A DNA stretch of 64,000 nt from Neocallimastix sp. 'constans' (taxonomy: Eukaryota), in assembly GCA_050613775.1 (NCBI GenBank), contig JBODTK010000130.1, forward strand, positions 310,001-374,000. Direction: 5' to 3'. The translations under genes and the position numbers were made by a program. Numbering within the stretch: the first letter of the stretch is position 1; each line of letters begins with the position of its first letter. Below are positions 23,784-35,915 of the stretch, piece after piece. The notes below the pieces were generated by a model. That model was not told where the DNA came from and did not search any database. It saw only the letters and a program-made list of their open reading frames with translations.

Positions 23784-25569
23784 AATTTTTTTTTTTTTAA
23801 TTTTTTTTTTTTAATTTTTTTTTTTTTAATTTTTTTTGTGTTGATGATTAAATAAAGAATTAATATAAAATTTCATATATTATCTATTTATTTACTAATG
23901 TGAACTATATTAAAATAAATTAAAGAAAGAAAAAAAAAAAGTTATTACATGATAAATTTTAATTATTAATATTTATCATATCTATTTAATAATTATTGGT
24001 AATAATTTATATATATAACTATAAATATATATAAATATAAATATAAATATATATAAATATAATATATATAAATATAATATATATATATAAATATAAATAT
24101 ATATAAATATAAATATATATAAATATAATATATATAAATATAATATATATATAATATATAAATATATATAAAAAGAGAAAAAAAAAGTATTAGTTGATAA
24201 ATATTAGGATTAGATTTAATTAATGGTGAAATGTTTAATGTTTGAAAATAATTCCTTTTTAATATATAATTAATATACAGTAACACTATTTAATATATAT
24301 AATTAATATACAGTAACACCATTTAATATATATAATTTGCATATATTAACAATAAACTGAAACTTTTAATAAAATTTAAAATAATTTTTTATTTTTATTT
24401 TTATTTTCTGGTACATTTTATTATTTATTATTTATTATTTGTAATAATTACAAAACAAAATTAATTATTAAAACTATCATAAATAAATAATATAGATATT
24501 ATATATTATTATTATATATTATTATATAGATATATAATAAATAGAGAAATATAATTATAAATTAATAATACATAATTATTAATTAATTAATTAATAACTA
24601 ATTATTAACTAATAATAAATAATTATTAACTATAACAATATACAATTAAATAATTATTACTTAATAATTATGATTAATCATAAAAAAAAAATGATATAGG
24701 CAATAAACAATAAATAATTAAAATAATATAATAAATAATATAATAAATATATAATAGATATTAATTTTATTTAATATAATAGATATTAATTTTATTTAAT
24801 ATAATAGATATTAATTTTATTTAATATTAAATAAAATAAAATTTTAATCAATACTTGCACTATTTATTATGAACATTTTAATAATCAATGATATTAAAAA
24901 TGACAATAACTAATTATAATAGAATATTAAATAATAATAAAATAATTATAATAGAATATTTAATAAAATTTAATAATAATAAAATAATTATATTAGAATA
25001 TTATATAATGTTTAATAATTATAATAATAATTATTATATTATATTAAAAAATAATAAAATTATAATAGAATATTATATAATATTTAATAATAATTATAAT
25101 AAAATATTCTATTATAATTATTATTATTAAATAAATATTATTATATTATTTAATAATGTTTATAATATCTATAATATTTATAATTATAAATATAATATTA
25201 ACAATATTTAATTATTTAATTATACAATAATAATTATAATAGAATATTAAATAAATGTATTTTATTTAAAAGAATAATAATAATATTTAGTAATAATAGT
25301 TTTAAATAATGATTAATAGTTAATAACTAATTAACATGGTCATATATTGATATATATGAAAGTGTATAAAAATAATAAAAATATTAACATATATTCAAAG
25401 AAATTAAATATAAATTAAATTATCAATCATCATAATTTAAATAGTAAAAAAAAATATTTTTTTTTTTTGATTATCCTTTAGGAAAAGAAAAAAGAGAGAG
25501 AGGAGGAGGAGGAATGATGATGATGATGGAACAATTAATTTAAAAAATTTTGATTAAAATGGAAATGAT

Positions 25570-25865
25570 AAAATTAAATAAAAAATTAAAAAATTAAATA
25601 AATAAAAATAAAAATTAAATAAAAAATTAAAAAATTAAATAAATAAAAATAAAAATTAAATAAAAAATTAAAAAATTAAATAAATAAAAATAAAAATTAA
25701 ATAAATAAAAATAAAAATTAAATAAAAAATTAAAAAATTAAATAAATAAAAATAAAAATTAAATAAATAAAAATAAAAATTAAATAAAAAATTAAAAAAT
25801 TAAATAAATAAAAATAAAAATTAAATAAATAAAAATAAAAATTAAATTAAATTAAATTAAATTTA
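25570..25865. repeat. Compound TTAAATAAAAAATTAAAAAA / TTAAATAAATAAAAATAAAAA minisatellite
   Basis: Directly visible. Confidence 0.85.
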
Positions 25866-26087
25866 AAATATGAATAAAATTTTAATTCATAATTAATTTT
25901 TAATTTTTGGTATCACGTTTAAATTTTAAAAAAAAAAAAAAAAGTATGAGCATGATCCAATAAAAGATTTTGAATTTTTTTATGTTTTACATTTAGCTAT
26001 ATATATTTATATTTAATTTTTTTCTATATAGATTTAATACAATTATTATACTTTTAAAAATACATAAAATCTACCTATAAAATATAT

Positions 26088-26255
26088 ATATATAATCTAC
26101 CTATAAAATATATATATATATAATCTACCTATAAAATATATATATATATAATCTACCTATAAAATATATATATATATAATCTACCTATAAAAAATATATA
26201 TATAATCTACCTATAAAATATATATATATATATATATATAATCTACCTATAAAAA
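26088..26255. repeat. Tandem array of ATCTACCTATAAAA separated by variable (TA)n
   Basis: About six copies of the constant core. Confidence 0.9.
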
Positions 26256-26776
26256 AATAAATAAATATAAAAGTTTTTTATGATCATTAAATAAATTAAA
26301 AAAGACACCATAAATACAAATTTTTTTTATTTTTTTTATGTAAACTTTAATTATTTTTCATTTAACTAATAAAAATTGACTTTTTTTTTTTTGCCGTTCG
26401 TAAATAACAATATGAAGGTTAAAATATGATAAAGTAATCATGAATTTGTAGATTATAAACTTTATTTATTAAAATTTTATGACTGTATATGTACATGTAT
26501 ATACATAATATACTTAATAATACAAAATATTTTAAATTTTATTTTATTTTATTTTATTTTAAATATTTATTTAATAAATAAAGTTCAACTAAAGCTTAAT
26601 ATAATAAAATAATATAAAATAAAATTTTTAAAGTAAAAAGAAAAAAAAAATTCGGACTAATTAATTAATTTTTTTTTTAATTGATGAAATGTATTGAAAC
26701 CATAATATTATTCCTATTATCCAATAAATTTTAATTTTAATTTTAAAATGATACATAATAAATTAATCATAAAGAT

Positions 26777-26824
<48 letters not shown>

Positions 26825-26878
26825 CATTCATTAAAAGTAACCCTATTTTGTAATCATTATAAATAGTTCAAAATTTCC

Positions 26879-26909
<31 letters not shown>

Positions 26910-27095
26910 ATATTCAATAAATATTTATTAAAAAAAATAAATAAATAAAAAAGAAATTTAAAAAAAACATTTTAACTAAATAATAAAAGTTAAAAAAAAA
27001 AAAAAAAAAAAAAAGAAATCAAAAAACAAACTAAATAAAAAATAAAATTATAAATATATTTAAATTTTTAGAAATATTATTTTAAAGAAGTCAAA

Positions 27096-27710
27096 ATGAA
27101 ATTCCAAACTATTTTATTATTTGCTGCTGCTACTTCATTCGCTTTCGCTAACTCCTTAGAAGTTTCCGATACTGAAGATGTTGCTCCAGTTAATGAAGAT
27201 GCTGGTGTTGCCTCTGAACCAGAAGCTCCAGCTGATGAAACTAAGGCTGAAGAAAACCCAGCTGATGAAACCAAGGCTGAAGAAAATCCAGCTGATGAAG
27301 ATGCCCAAGAAAATCCAGCTGATGAAGATGTCGAAAAGCCAGAAGATGATGTTGCTGAAAACGACACTCCAGCTGATGATGAAACCAAGGATGATGAAAC
27401 TAAATCTGATGAAACTCCAGCTGATGCTGAAGGTTCTGATGATTACGACGAAGAAAACGGTCAAGCTACCGATGCCGCTGATGGTGAAGGTTCCGATGAC
27501 TACAACGATGAAGAAGGTACTGGTAAGGTTGAAGATCAAGATGTAAAGGATGCTGAAGAAGATTCTGCTGATGAAGAAGAAGGTGTTGACGGTACCACTG
27601 TTGCCGCTGGTATTGCTGGTGCTGCCGCTCTTTCATCTGCCGGTATCTTCCTCTGGGTTAAGAGATCTAAGCAATCCGCTGTTGAAAGCAACCCATTAAC
27701 CATGGTTTAA
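27096..27710 (+). CDS. Acidic low-complexity cell-surface protein, 204 aa; paralog 2 (inverted relative to paralog 1)
   Basis: Same architecture as 21650-22246, with an identical TM segment and a different number of PADE(T/S)KAEEN repeats. Confidence 0.9.
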   Translation: MKFQTILLFAAATSFAFANSLEVSDTEDVAPVNEDAGVASEPEAPADETKAEENPADETKAEENPADEDAQENPADEDVEKPEDDVAENDTPADDETKDDETKSDETPADAEGSDDYDEENGQATDAADGEGSDDYNDEEGTGKVEDQDVKDAEEDSADEEEGVDGTTVAAGIAGAAALSSAGIFLWVKRSKQSAVESNPLTMV

Positions 27711-28249
27711 ATTTAGAAAAGTCTTCAAAAAAAAAAATAATAATAAAAATTGGAAATAATTAAAAAAAAATAAAAATATAAATGTATATTCATTATTTAA
27801 TAATGATATATATCATTTAAATATCATTTAAAATGAATGAAATTAAAAATATATAGATTATTTTTTTTTTTTATTCTAGAATATTAAAAAAAATTTTAAA
27901 TATATAAAATAATATAAAGAATTTTTTTATTAATAACTTTTCAAATATATATACGTATATTGAAAATATATTATATAAAAAAAAATGTAAAAATATATAA
28001 AAAAAAAAAATGTAAATTTTAAAAAAAAATATGTATAAATTAAAAAATTAATAAATAAAGTCGACTTTTATATATAAATATAATATTTAGTACAAGTAAT
28101 AAAATTTAAAAAATAAGTAAGAAGTTTGGGTTATTTTTTAAAGATGTTAATCCTTAAAATTGTAATTTTAAATTTTAATTTTAGAATATCTATATTTAAA
28201 TAACTATTATTATTTATTTATGAAAAGGAGTGGAATTGTATGAATGTGG

Positions 28250-29863
28250 AATGACTACGAGTGTATAATATAATATATATAGGATGACTTATATTAAAGC
28301 TAAATAATTCATGATCAATAGTGCTACTTCCTTCATAGGTAAAGCATAAATAGAGATCATATTTCATATATCATCAGAAATCTTTCTTATTCATCGTGGT
28401 GTTAGACAAGGTTGCCCGTTATCACCAATTTTGTTTAATTTATTCATTAATGATATTTTATACAATTGTGATAAATAGGGTAATAAAAAAATGTTGTGGC
28501 GGTCTTTTTTTGCTGATGATATTGTTCTCATAACGCCTAGTGAAAGAAAAAAAAAATGAAGGCTCTACTTCGTCATATTTTTTGTTGGGCTAATAAAAAT
28601 GAAATGTCTTTTGGTATCAATAAATGAGCTACAATGGTTATTGAACCCTTAAATTTTGTTTCATTATCCTGGTTATGAAGAACCTCACATTTCACCTTGA
28701 TATGTATTCTCTCCCTAAAGAATCCGTGTATATTTACATAGGTATCCCCTTCGGTAATGATATATTTATATTGTAAACTTTTACTGGGATAGAGCTATGG
28801 CAGGAAAATCAATTAAGGCTAAAGACCTGTAAATAAAAGAAAAAATAAATTTGAGAAAACTAGAGAAAATCGGTCAAGGCAAAAGACTTATAAAAAAAAA
28901 AAAAAAAAAAAAAAAATATTTTTTTTGAAAAAATTGGAGACTACACTAATGCTCAACTTCAAGTATCTTGAATTTTTTTTGCAATGGCTTCCGATGGGTA
29001 CTTTCCTGCCAGATGTTGGATATAAAAAATTCGATGCTCGTGTTGCCGTTTTGCCAAAGCTGCCAATAGGATGGAAGAAGACTGTCCAGAAAGGTGTCCT
29101 TATTGTTTTTTTTTGGAAAAAAAAAAAAAAAAAAAAAAAAAGTCAATCCTCAATTGGAATATTGCTTTTTCTAAATACTATCTTTTACGTGAATTTCGAA
29201 TGAAATCTTTTGAGGCTATAGAAATATTCTTTATGAAAATTTTAATATTATTTCTAAATATTGTCCAACAGCTAATAGTAGTAATGTAGACACTGCTATC
29301 ACATATATGAATAATATAGCATCAAGTTCTGGTTCTGATAGCAGTAATGAATTATATAATATTAATTATATAATAATTACAATAGAAATAATATATTATT
29401 GTTAATAATAGTATAATTAATGATAGTGAAAATAGGAATATATTAATATTAGTAATAATAATATCGTTACTTCTAATGTAGTGAAGAATTCAACTGGTGA
29501 AAATCGTATTAATTTAAGTAATTTTCTGAATATGAAGAAAGATCATAATTTCTTTCAGATTCGTCAATTCAAAGTCAGAACACTCTAATTCATAAGGAAA
29601 TGAGGTATGTTGCCTAATGAACTTTTTTTTTTCCTGAATTTATTTATACATTTTATTTTTTTGAATATTACTTTTTTTTTTTTTTTATTATTTCACATTA
29701 CTATTTTAAATATTATTATGTTCTAATAGGACAAATAATATTTATTTATTTTTTTTTTTTTTTTTTTTTTTTTTGTAATTTAAAAAAATATTCACGTAAT
29801 TAATAAATGAATAAATAATTATTGATTAAAGTTCGTCATAATTGCCACTTTAAAAAAAAAAAA
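28250..29863 (+). mobile_element. Decayed non-LTR retrotransposon (LINE), copy 2
   Basis: RT motifs RGVRQGCPLSPILFNLFINDI (~28395-28460) and FADDIVL (~28508-28530). C-terminal KFDARVAV/EEDCPERCPYC. 3' region collinear with copy 1, ending in an A-run. Many stops and frameshifts. Confidence 0.88.
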
Positions 29864-29990
29864 TTTTCTTCATATATAAAGCATAAATATGTATCATAAT
29901 TCATATATTATTAATAATATTCATGAAAGTATAAGGAAATAAAAAGGGTATAAGATATAATATTATATATTTATTCAACAATTTTAAGTC

Positions 29991-30034
<44 letters not shown>

Positions 30035-30445
30035 AATGGATGATATATTTTTAGAGAATCTATTTCCTTCGGAGAAAAAATAAGAGATTAACGTCCTATC
30101 CTGTATTTAGAGTTAATATAATTATTTATAGATATTATTTCTATATCTATATCTATATCTATATCTATATATATATTATATATATATATATTTAAGGTAT
30201 ACAAAGTAGAAAAAAAAAGTTATTTCTTTTCATTAGATAACATTAGTATATATGTATATATATATATATTTATATATATTTTATAATAATTAAAATATTA
30301 TTATATATAATAATTCCATTATATTATTATCATGTAAATTAATTATTATTATTGTAATGAAATGAATTTTCTTCCTTATAAAAAAAATTGCTAAATTTTA
30401 TAAAGTGTATATTTATTTTTCTGTTAATTATAAATATTATTATTA

Positions 30446-30522
<77 letters not shown>

Positions 30523-30648
30523 TAGATAATTTATTAAATTTTTAAAATATTAAAGTATAATAAATTTTATCTATTTCAATTATTTCGGTTTCAAAGTATT
30601 CCTTTAAAATTTTATCATACAATAAAAATATCTATTGATATCAAAATA

Positions 30649-30681
<33 letters not shown>

Positions 30682-30734
30682 GTAATTATTATTAAATGAT
30701 TGATTTAAATTATTTAATATTTGCATAATATTTC

Positions 30735-31191
30735 TTCGAAGGCTGATCATCTTACATATTACAAATGTGGCTCTCAAAAGCATTTTTTAGAGAAGCCTTT
30801 CGTCATCACTTCGGCATGGGTCTCCATACGCTTAACCACGATACATATATGATGGCCTACCGCCTAAGTATAGGGTCATCCCAATGCACGATCGGATTTT
30901 CATCGTTAAAAAAAACACAAAGGCTGTAAAGACATTTATTAAACAAACCATCTTAATTCGTGGTACAGTTAATTAACTAAAAAAAAAAAATAGCTCTCCA
31001 TCAACATATATTTCGCTTTTACATCTATTACCAAGATTCGAATTCATCATGCGAACATATTTCAGTAAAAAAACTTCTTCATTCTTTCATTTTTATTTTT
31101 GGAATTCACCAAAAAAAAAAAAAAAAAAAAAAAACTCTGTATATCTAGGTTTAGTCTTAGTACATAGATTATCTTTTACAATAAAAGCCTA

Positions 31192-31225
<34 letters not shown>

Positions 31226-31356
31226 CATTTTTTAACTCTAACACTTCGTCTTTAGTTAGATACTTAGGAATATCCTCGTATGTTAAACTCTCACCATTAA
31301 TAAAATGAATATAATAAATAACAATAGATATTGTTAAAAACAATTTTATTTTTCAT
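30735..31356 (-). pseudogene. Pseudogene of a Cys-rich secreted protein
   Basis: Broken minus frames: signal-like MKNKIVF/LTISIVIYYIHFING then ESLTYEDIPKYLTKDEVLELK; LINCTTN*DGLFNKCLYSLCVFFNDENPIVHWDD; YLGGRPSYMYRG*AYGDPCRSDDE; FSKKCF. Family resemblance to gut-fungal Cys-rich proteins is from recall, not from a search. Confidence 0.6.
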
Positions 31357-33378
31357 TGTTTTACTATTATTATATACAATCCTATTGTATATTTGTTAGT
31401 CTATTAAATATTATTATTTTAATAAACAGATAAAAAAAAATATAAACAATAAGTAAATTTTAATATTATTTATTAATAAATAAAAATAAACAAGAATATT
31501 GATAAATAAATTTTTTACCTTCTATATATTAATAAAATTGGATATATTTTTGATTTTTATTTATTTTTTTTTTCGACTACTTAAATTAATGAACTTCTAT
31601 TGTTTGTTTTTTATTTCAAGTTATTTAACATTTATTGCCATACCCAAATATAAAACATTGTATTACTTTGTAATTTCACCAATAAGCTATAATAATGGAT
31701 GTTGTTTCTCTACACAAATATTTAAATTAGAATTGAAAGTAATGTCTGATTCGCAATTATTAAAATGTTTCAATTATATCATTTTCAGCATAAATTAATG
31801 ATGAAACATATTTTATATTAATGTAAATAATAAATCAAATTTGAGTTTTGTATTAACTGATTTTTATAATAAATATACGTTTTTATATCCATTTAAAACT
31901 TTATCTACTCTATGTATTATTATACTTAAGATTAGTGGTTAATCACAGGATTAATTTTGATAAACTTAAAAAAGTTTAATTCTTTGTATATTAAATTTAC
32001 ATCAAAAATTGAAATATATATTATATACATTTATTCTACTTATTATAATTGTAATTCTATGGATAATAATTTAAAGTTTAAAATTAACAAATAGAAAAGT
32101 AATTAAATATTAAAACAGTAGTGAAATTAATGAATTTAATTTTGAATTTAAATTATACAATAATTAAAATTTATAGTAATTCAATAAAATATTACGGTGT
32201 ATATTTGATATCAATATATATAATAAACTATATATGTAATATAAACAATCGATAGATACAATTACATTTATCAATATCCAACAATTTGAAAATACAAATG
32301 GCAACCTTAATTAATATAGAATTCAATTAGAATAAAGTTACACAAATTTATTTAGTTAGCTATCTTAAAGTACTAAAATCGAATAGACTTGAGGTGTGGA
32401 ATAAATTTTTTTTTTTTTTTTTAGAAAGTATAAATCACAGGAATTTGTGGTATTAAAACATAAAATTATGTTTAAGTAAATTTAATTTTATAATATCTAT
32501 ATAGATTACAAATGTTAATCATTAAACTACTGTTATGTTATTGATATAAATTGTAATATGATGGACTATTGTTAGTAAATGAACCCTTTAAAATAACTAC
32601 TTGATATAAAATAAAATTAAAACTATGTAACCAATTTTTTTTTTTTTTTTTTTAAAAGACCATAACAGGATTTCTCCTCAGCTGCACATCCGTAGACACA
32701 CAATGCTTTATTACTGGAGCCCTTATCTAACTTCCTACTAGATAGATGGTACTGTCCTTGCTGGACTGCCTTTACAGTTTTTCTGCATTGGCTCTCCTTA
32801 CAATTATTACTGCTTGTCATTGTGTAAACAATGTGATATAAAAAAAATATGTGATGTGATATATAAATTTATTTCTACATAAATTTATTTGTTTATTAAT
32901 TTTTGTAAAAATAAATTTACAATTATTTTAAATATATAAATAATTTTAAAATATAATTTATAATAATTTAATAGATATTTTAGTAAATGTAATTCTAGTT
33001 AACAGTAATTGATAAATTTTAAAAAGGCGAACTTTTTTAAAAATATAAAGAATTTTAATTTTTTTTTTTTTTTTTTTAATTTTTTTATTTTTATAATATT
33101 TTTATTATTATTATTTTAATAATTTATTTGTAATTAATATTTTTATTATTATTTTTTTACTTAATTATTTATTATTAATTAGTATTCTTCTTTTTATATT
33201 ACTATAAATTTTATTATTAACTTAGACTTCATATTTTTGTATTTTTTATTTACAGTATTGATTTTTTATCAGTTTTTCCTAATAATATTATAGGAGTTAT
33301 GACAATAACAATTATGAAAACTGTTAAAATATTCTTTTTATAGAAAGGGAAGCTTTTTGTAATAAATAAAATAATATA

Positions 33379-33413
<35 letters not shown>

Positions 33414-33821
33414 ATCTTTATATTAAATATATATTTTTAATATAAATAAATAAATAATAATAAGTAAATAAGTAAATAAATAATAAATAATAAATAAATA
33501 AATAAATTTTAATTAAAAAGATTTGTTCGTTAAAACTTATTACAAAAAGAATCTTTTATAGTTTTTATATATATAAATATATATATATTTTTTTTTTATT
33601 TTTTTTATTTTATTTTTTATTTTTATTTTATTTTTTATTTTTATTTTTTTTTTTTTTTTATTTTTATTTTTTATTTTAATTTTGATATTTTTTTTTTATT
33701 AATTATATATTCATTCAACAATTAATTAATTCATAGTTAATTTAATATGAAATAACAAAATAAAGTTTACTGATTTTAATTTTATTTGATATTTTAATAT
33801 TATATTAATTAAATATTATAT

Positions 33822-34136
33822 GAATATAATGCAATTCTCAATTCTAAATGTGGCTTATAAATATTTTAAAATAAAGCCATACATTTTTAAGATTTTATAT
33901 AAAATCATGAATAAATATATAAATAATTAAATAATTAAAAAAATAAAAAAAATGTTAATAAACATATTTAAGTATATAATTAAATAATAAAGAAAAATTG
34001 CGATAAATATATTTAAATTATTTTTACAATTGAATATTAATAAATTATATATTAAAAAGAATATTTATTATTTATTTAATTTGTAAAAAAAACAAGCCAC
34101 ATACAAAATACGTCACATTGCGAAATGTAATATATA
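33822..34136. mobile_element. Possible degenerate MULE-derived MITE
   Basis: Inward-facing ATGTGGCTT (33849) and AAGCCACAT (34095) motifs, plus a CGAAATGT TIR-core relic at ~34121. No clear TSD. Confidence 0.4.
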
Positions 34137-35915
34137 TATATACTTTATAATTTTTTTTTTTTTTTTTAAAAAATTTATGAAGAATTTCTAAAATATTAAA
34201 TTATAATAAACTTTTTTTTTTTTTTTTTGTAAATTTAAATATATAATTTGATTATTATTCAAATTTTTAATTCTGTAATATTATGTACTTCAAATTTAAT
34301 TTTTAAAGTTATAATTTCTTTTTTTTTTTTTTTTTTATGTTAAGCATTTTTTATTATAGAGATAACTATAAAGATGAATACTTAGTAAAGCTGTCTAGCA
34401 GGGACATTTCTGTCTATATGAAAGTGTTGTGACTACCTCAATATTACCGCAATGGGCCGTAAAAATGAATAAAAAAAAAACTTTAAAATAAATGATTCCT
34501 TTTTTTTTTTATAAAATAAAAATAATAATAAAAAATAAAATAAAATAAAATAAAATTGAGAAGAAATCGTTCACCAAAAAATTATAAATTAACAAGTTCT
34601 TTGAGTTACACAGGCTTATAAATTGACTCAATAGAATAAATATAGAATTATTTAAATAAGTATTTCCAAAAGACTAAGATCTCTAACTTAATTTTCTGAG
34701 AAATAAATAATATATATATATATTTTTTTTTTAATATATTTAATAAAATAAAATAATAATATTAACAAAAAAAAAGTATAAAATAATTCGTTAACAATAA
34801 ATATTATTTGTTATAAAGGAATACTAAATTTCATATAATTTTTTAAAGACATGTATATAAATTTTTTTTTTCTTTTTTTCTTCTTTTTTTTATTCCTTTT
34901 TTTTTATTTTTATTTTATTTTTTTTTTTGTTAAGCTTTTTTATTATAGAAATAACTATAGAGATAATTAAATTTAACAGAATTTAAGGAAAAAATTTTTT
35001 TATTCCTAATCTAAAAAAAAAATACAATTTATCCAAAATAAATTTTAAAGTTTAATAATTCCAAAAATAAATATTACATAGAAAATCATTTTTAATTTTT
35101 TTTTTTTTTTTTTTTTTTTTATAACTCTATAATATACCACTTTGATTTTTAATTAATTTAAAGTTTGTATTAAAAGTATTCTTTATCAAATATAATATTT
35201 TAGTTTTAGCTTTTCTTTATAAAATATATAAATAATTAAAAATGTTTACAAAATAAATATTTTCCGATAAATTTTAAAAAAATAATATAGAAAATTATTT
35301 ATGAAGTTTTTTTCTTTTTTTAATTTAATGAACTAGAGAAAATTTGAATTAATAAATAATAAAAAATATTATTATTATTATATATATATATATATATATC
35401 AGAAAATGAATAATTTAATATTATATGTCATTATAACTAATGGATTATGAAAATAGTAAATATTATATATTATTAAAGTACACTTTTATTAATTTCTAAA
35501 TAATTTTCTAAATATATAAATATATATATATATATATAAAAGTAGTAATATATATAATTTTTTATATACATATTTAAAAAATTATATAAATTTTATAAAA
35601 AGTTATTATTAATTATATTATTTAATAAAGTACTTTTTTTTTTTTTTTTTTTTTTTTAAAGATTATTTTAGTATAAAAAAAAAAATAAAATAAAAATATA
35701 AATAAAAATATAAATAATATTAATTAGTTAATTTTTTAAAATATATAACAAAAAAAGAAAATTTTATTTAAAATAATTTATATATTTTTAGAATGTTAAT
35801 CACCAATATTATTAACTATTAATATTTCTTAATATTAAAAAAAAAAAAAAAAAAAAAAAAATTATTTAAATATTATAATAATATATATGAAAAACCGAAT
35901 TAAACTAATTAAAAT

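Noticed and set aside
21814..27546. Alternative-frame and antisense ORFs over the two acidic-protein genes
   Set aside because: Shadows of biased GAA/GAT/GCT codon usage.
21650..27710. Calling the acidic proteins cellulosome scaffoldins
   Set aside because: Only ~200 aa, Cys-free, with no dockerin or scaffoldin-type repeats that I can recognise.
30990..31020. EIYVDGELF as DNA ligase motif III
   Set aside because: No KxDG or other ligase motifs; it falls within the Cys-rich secreted-protein pseudogene.
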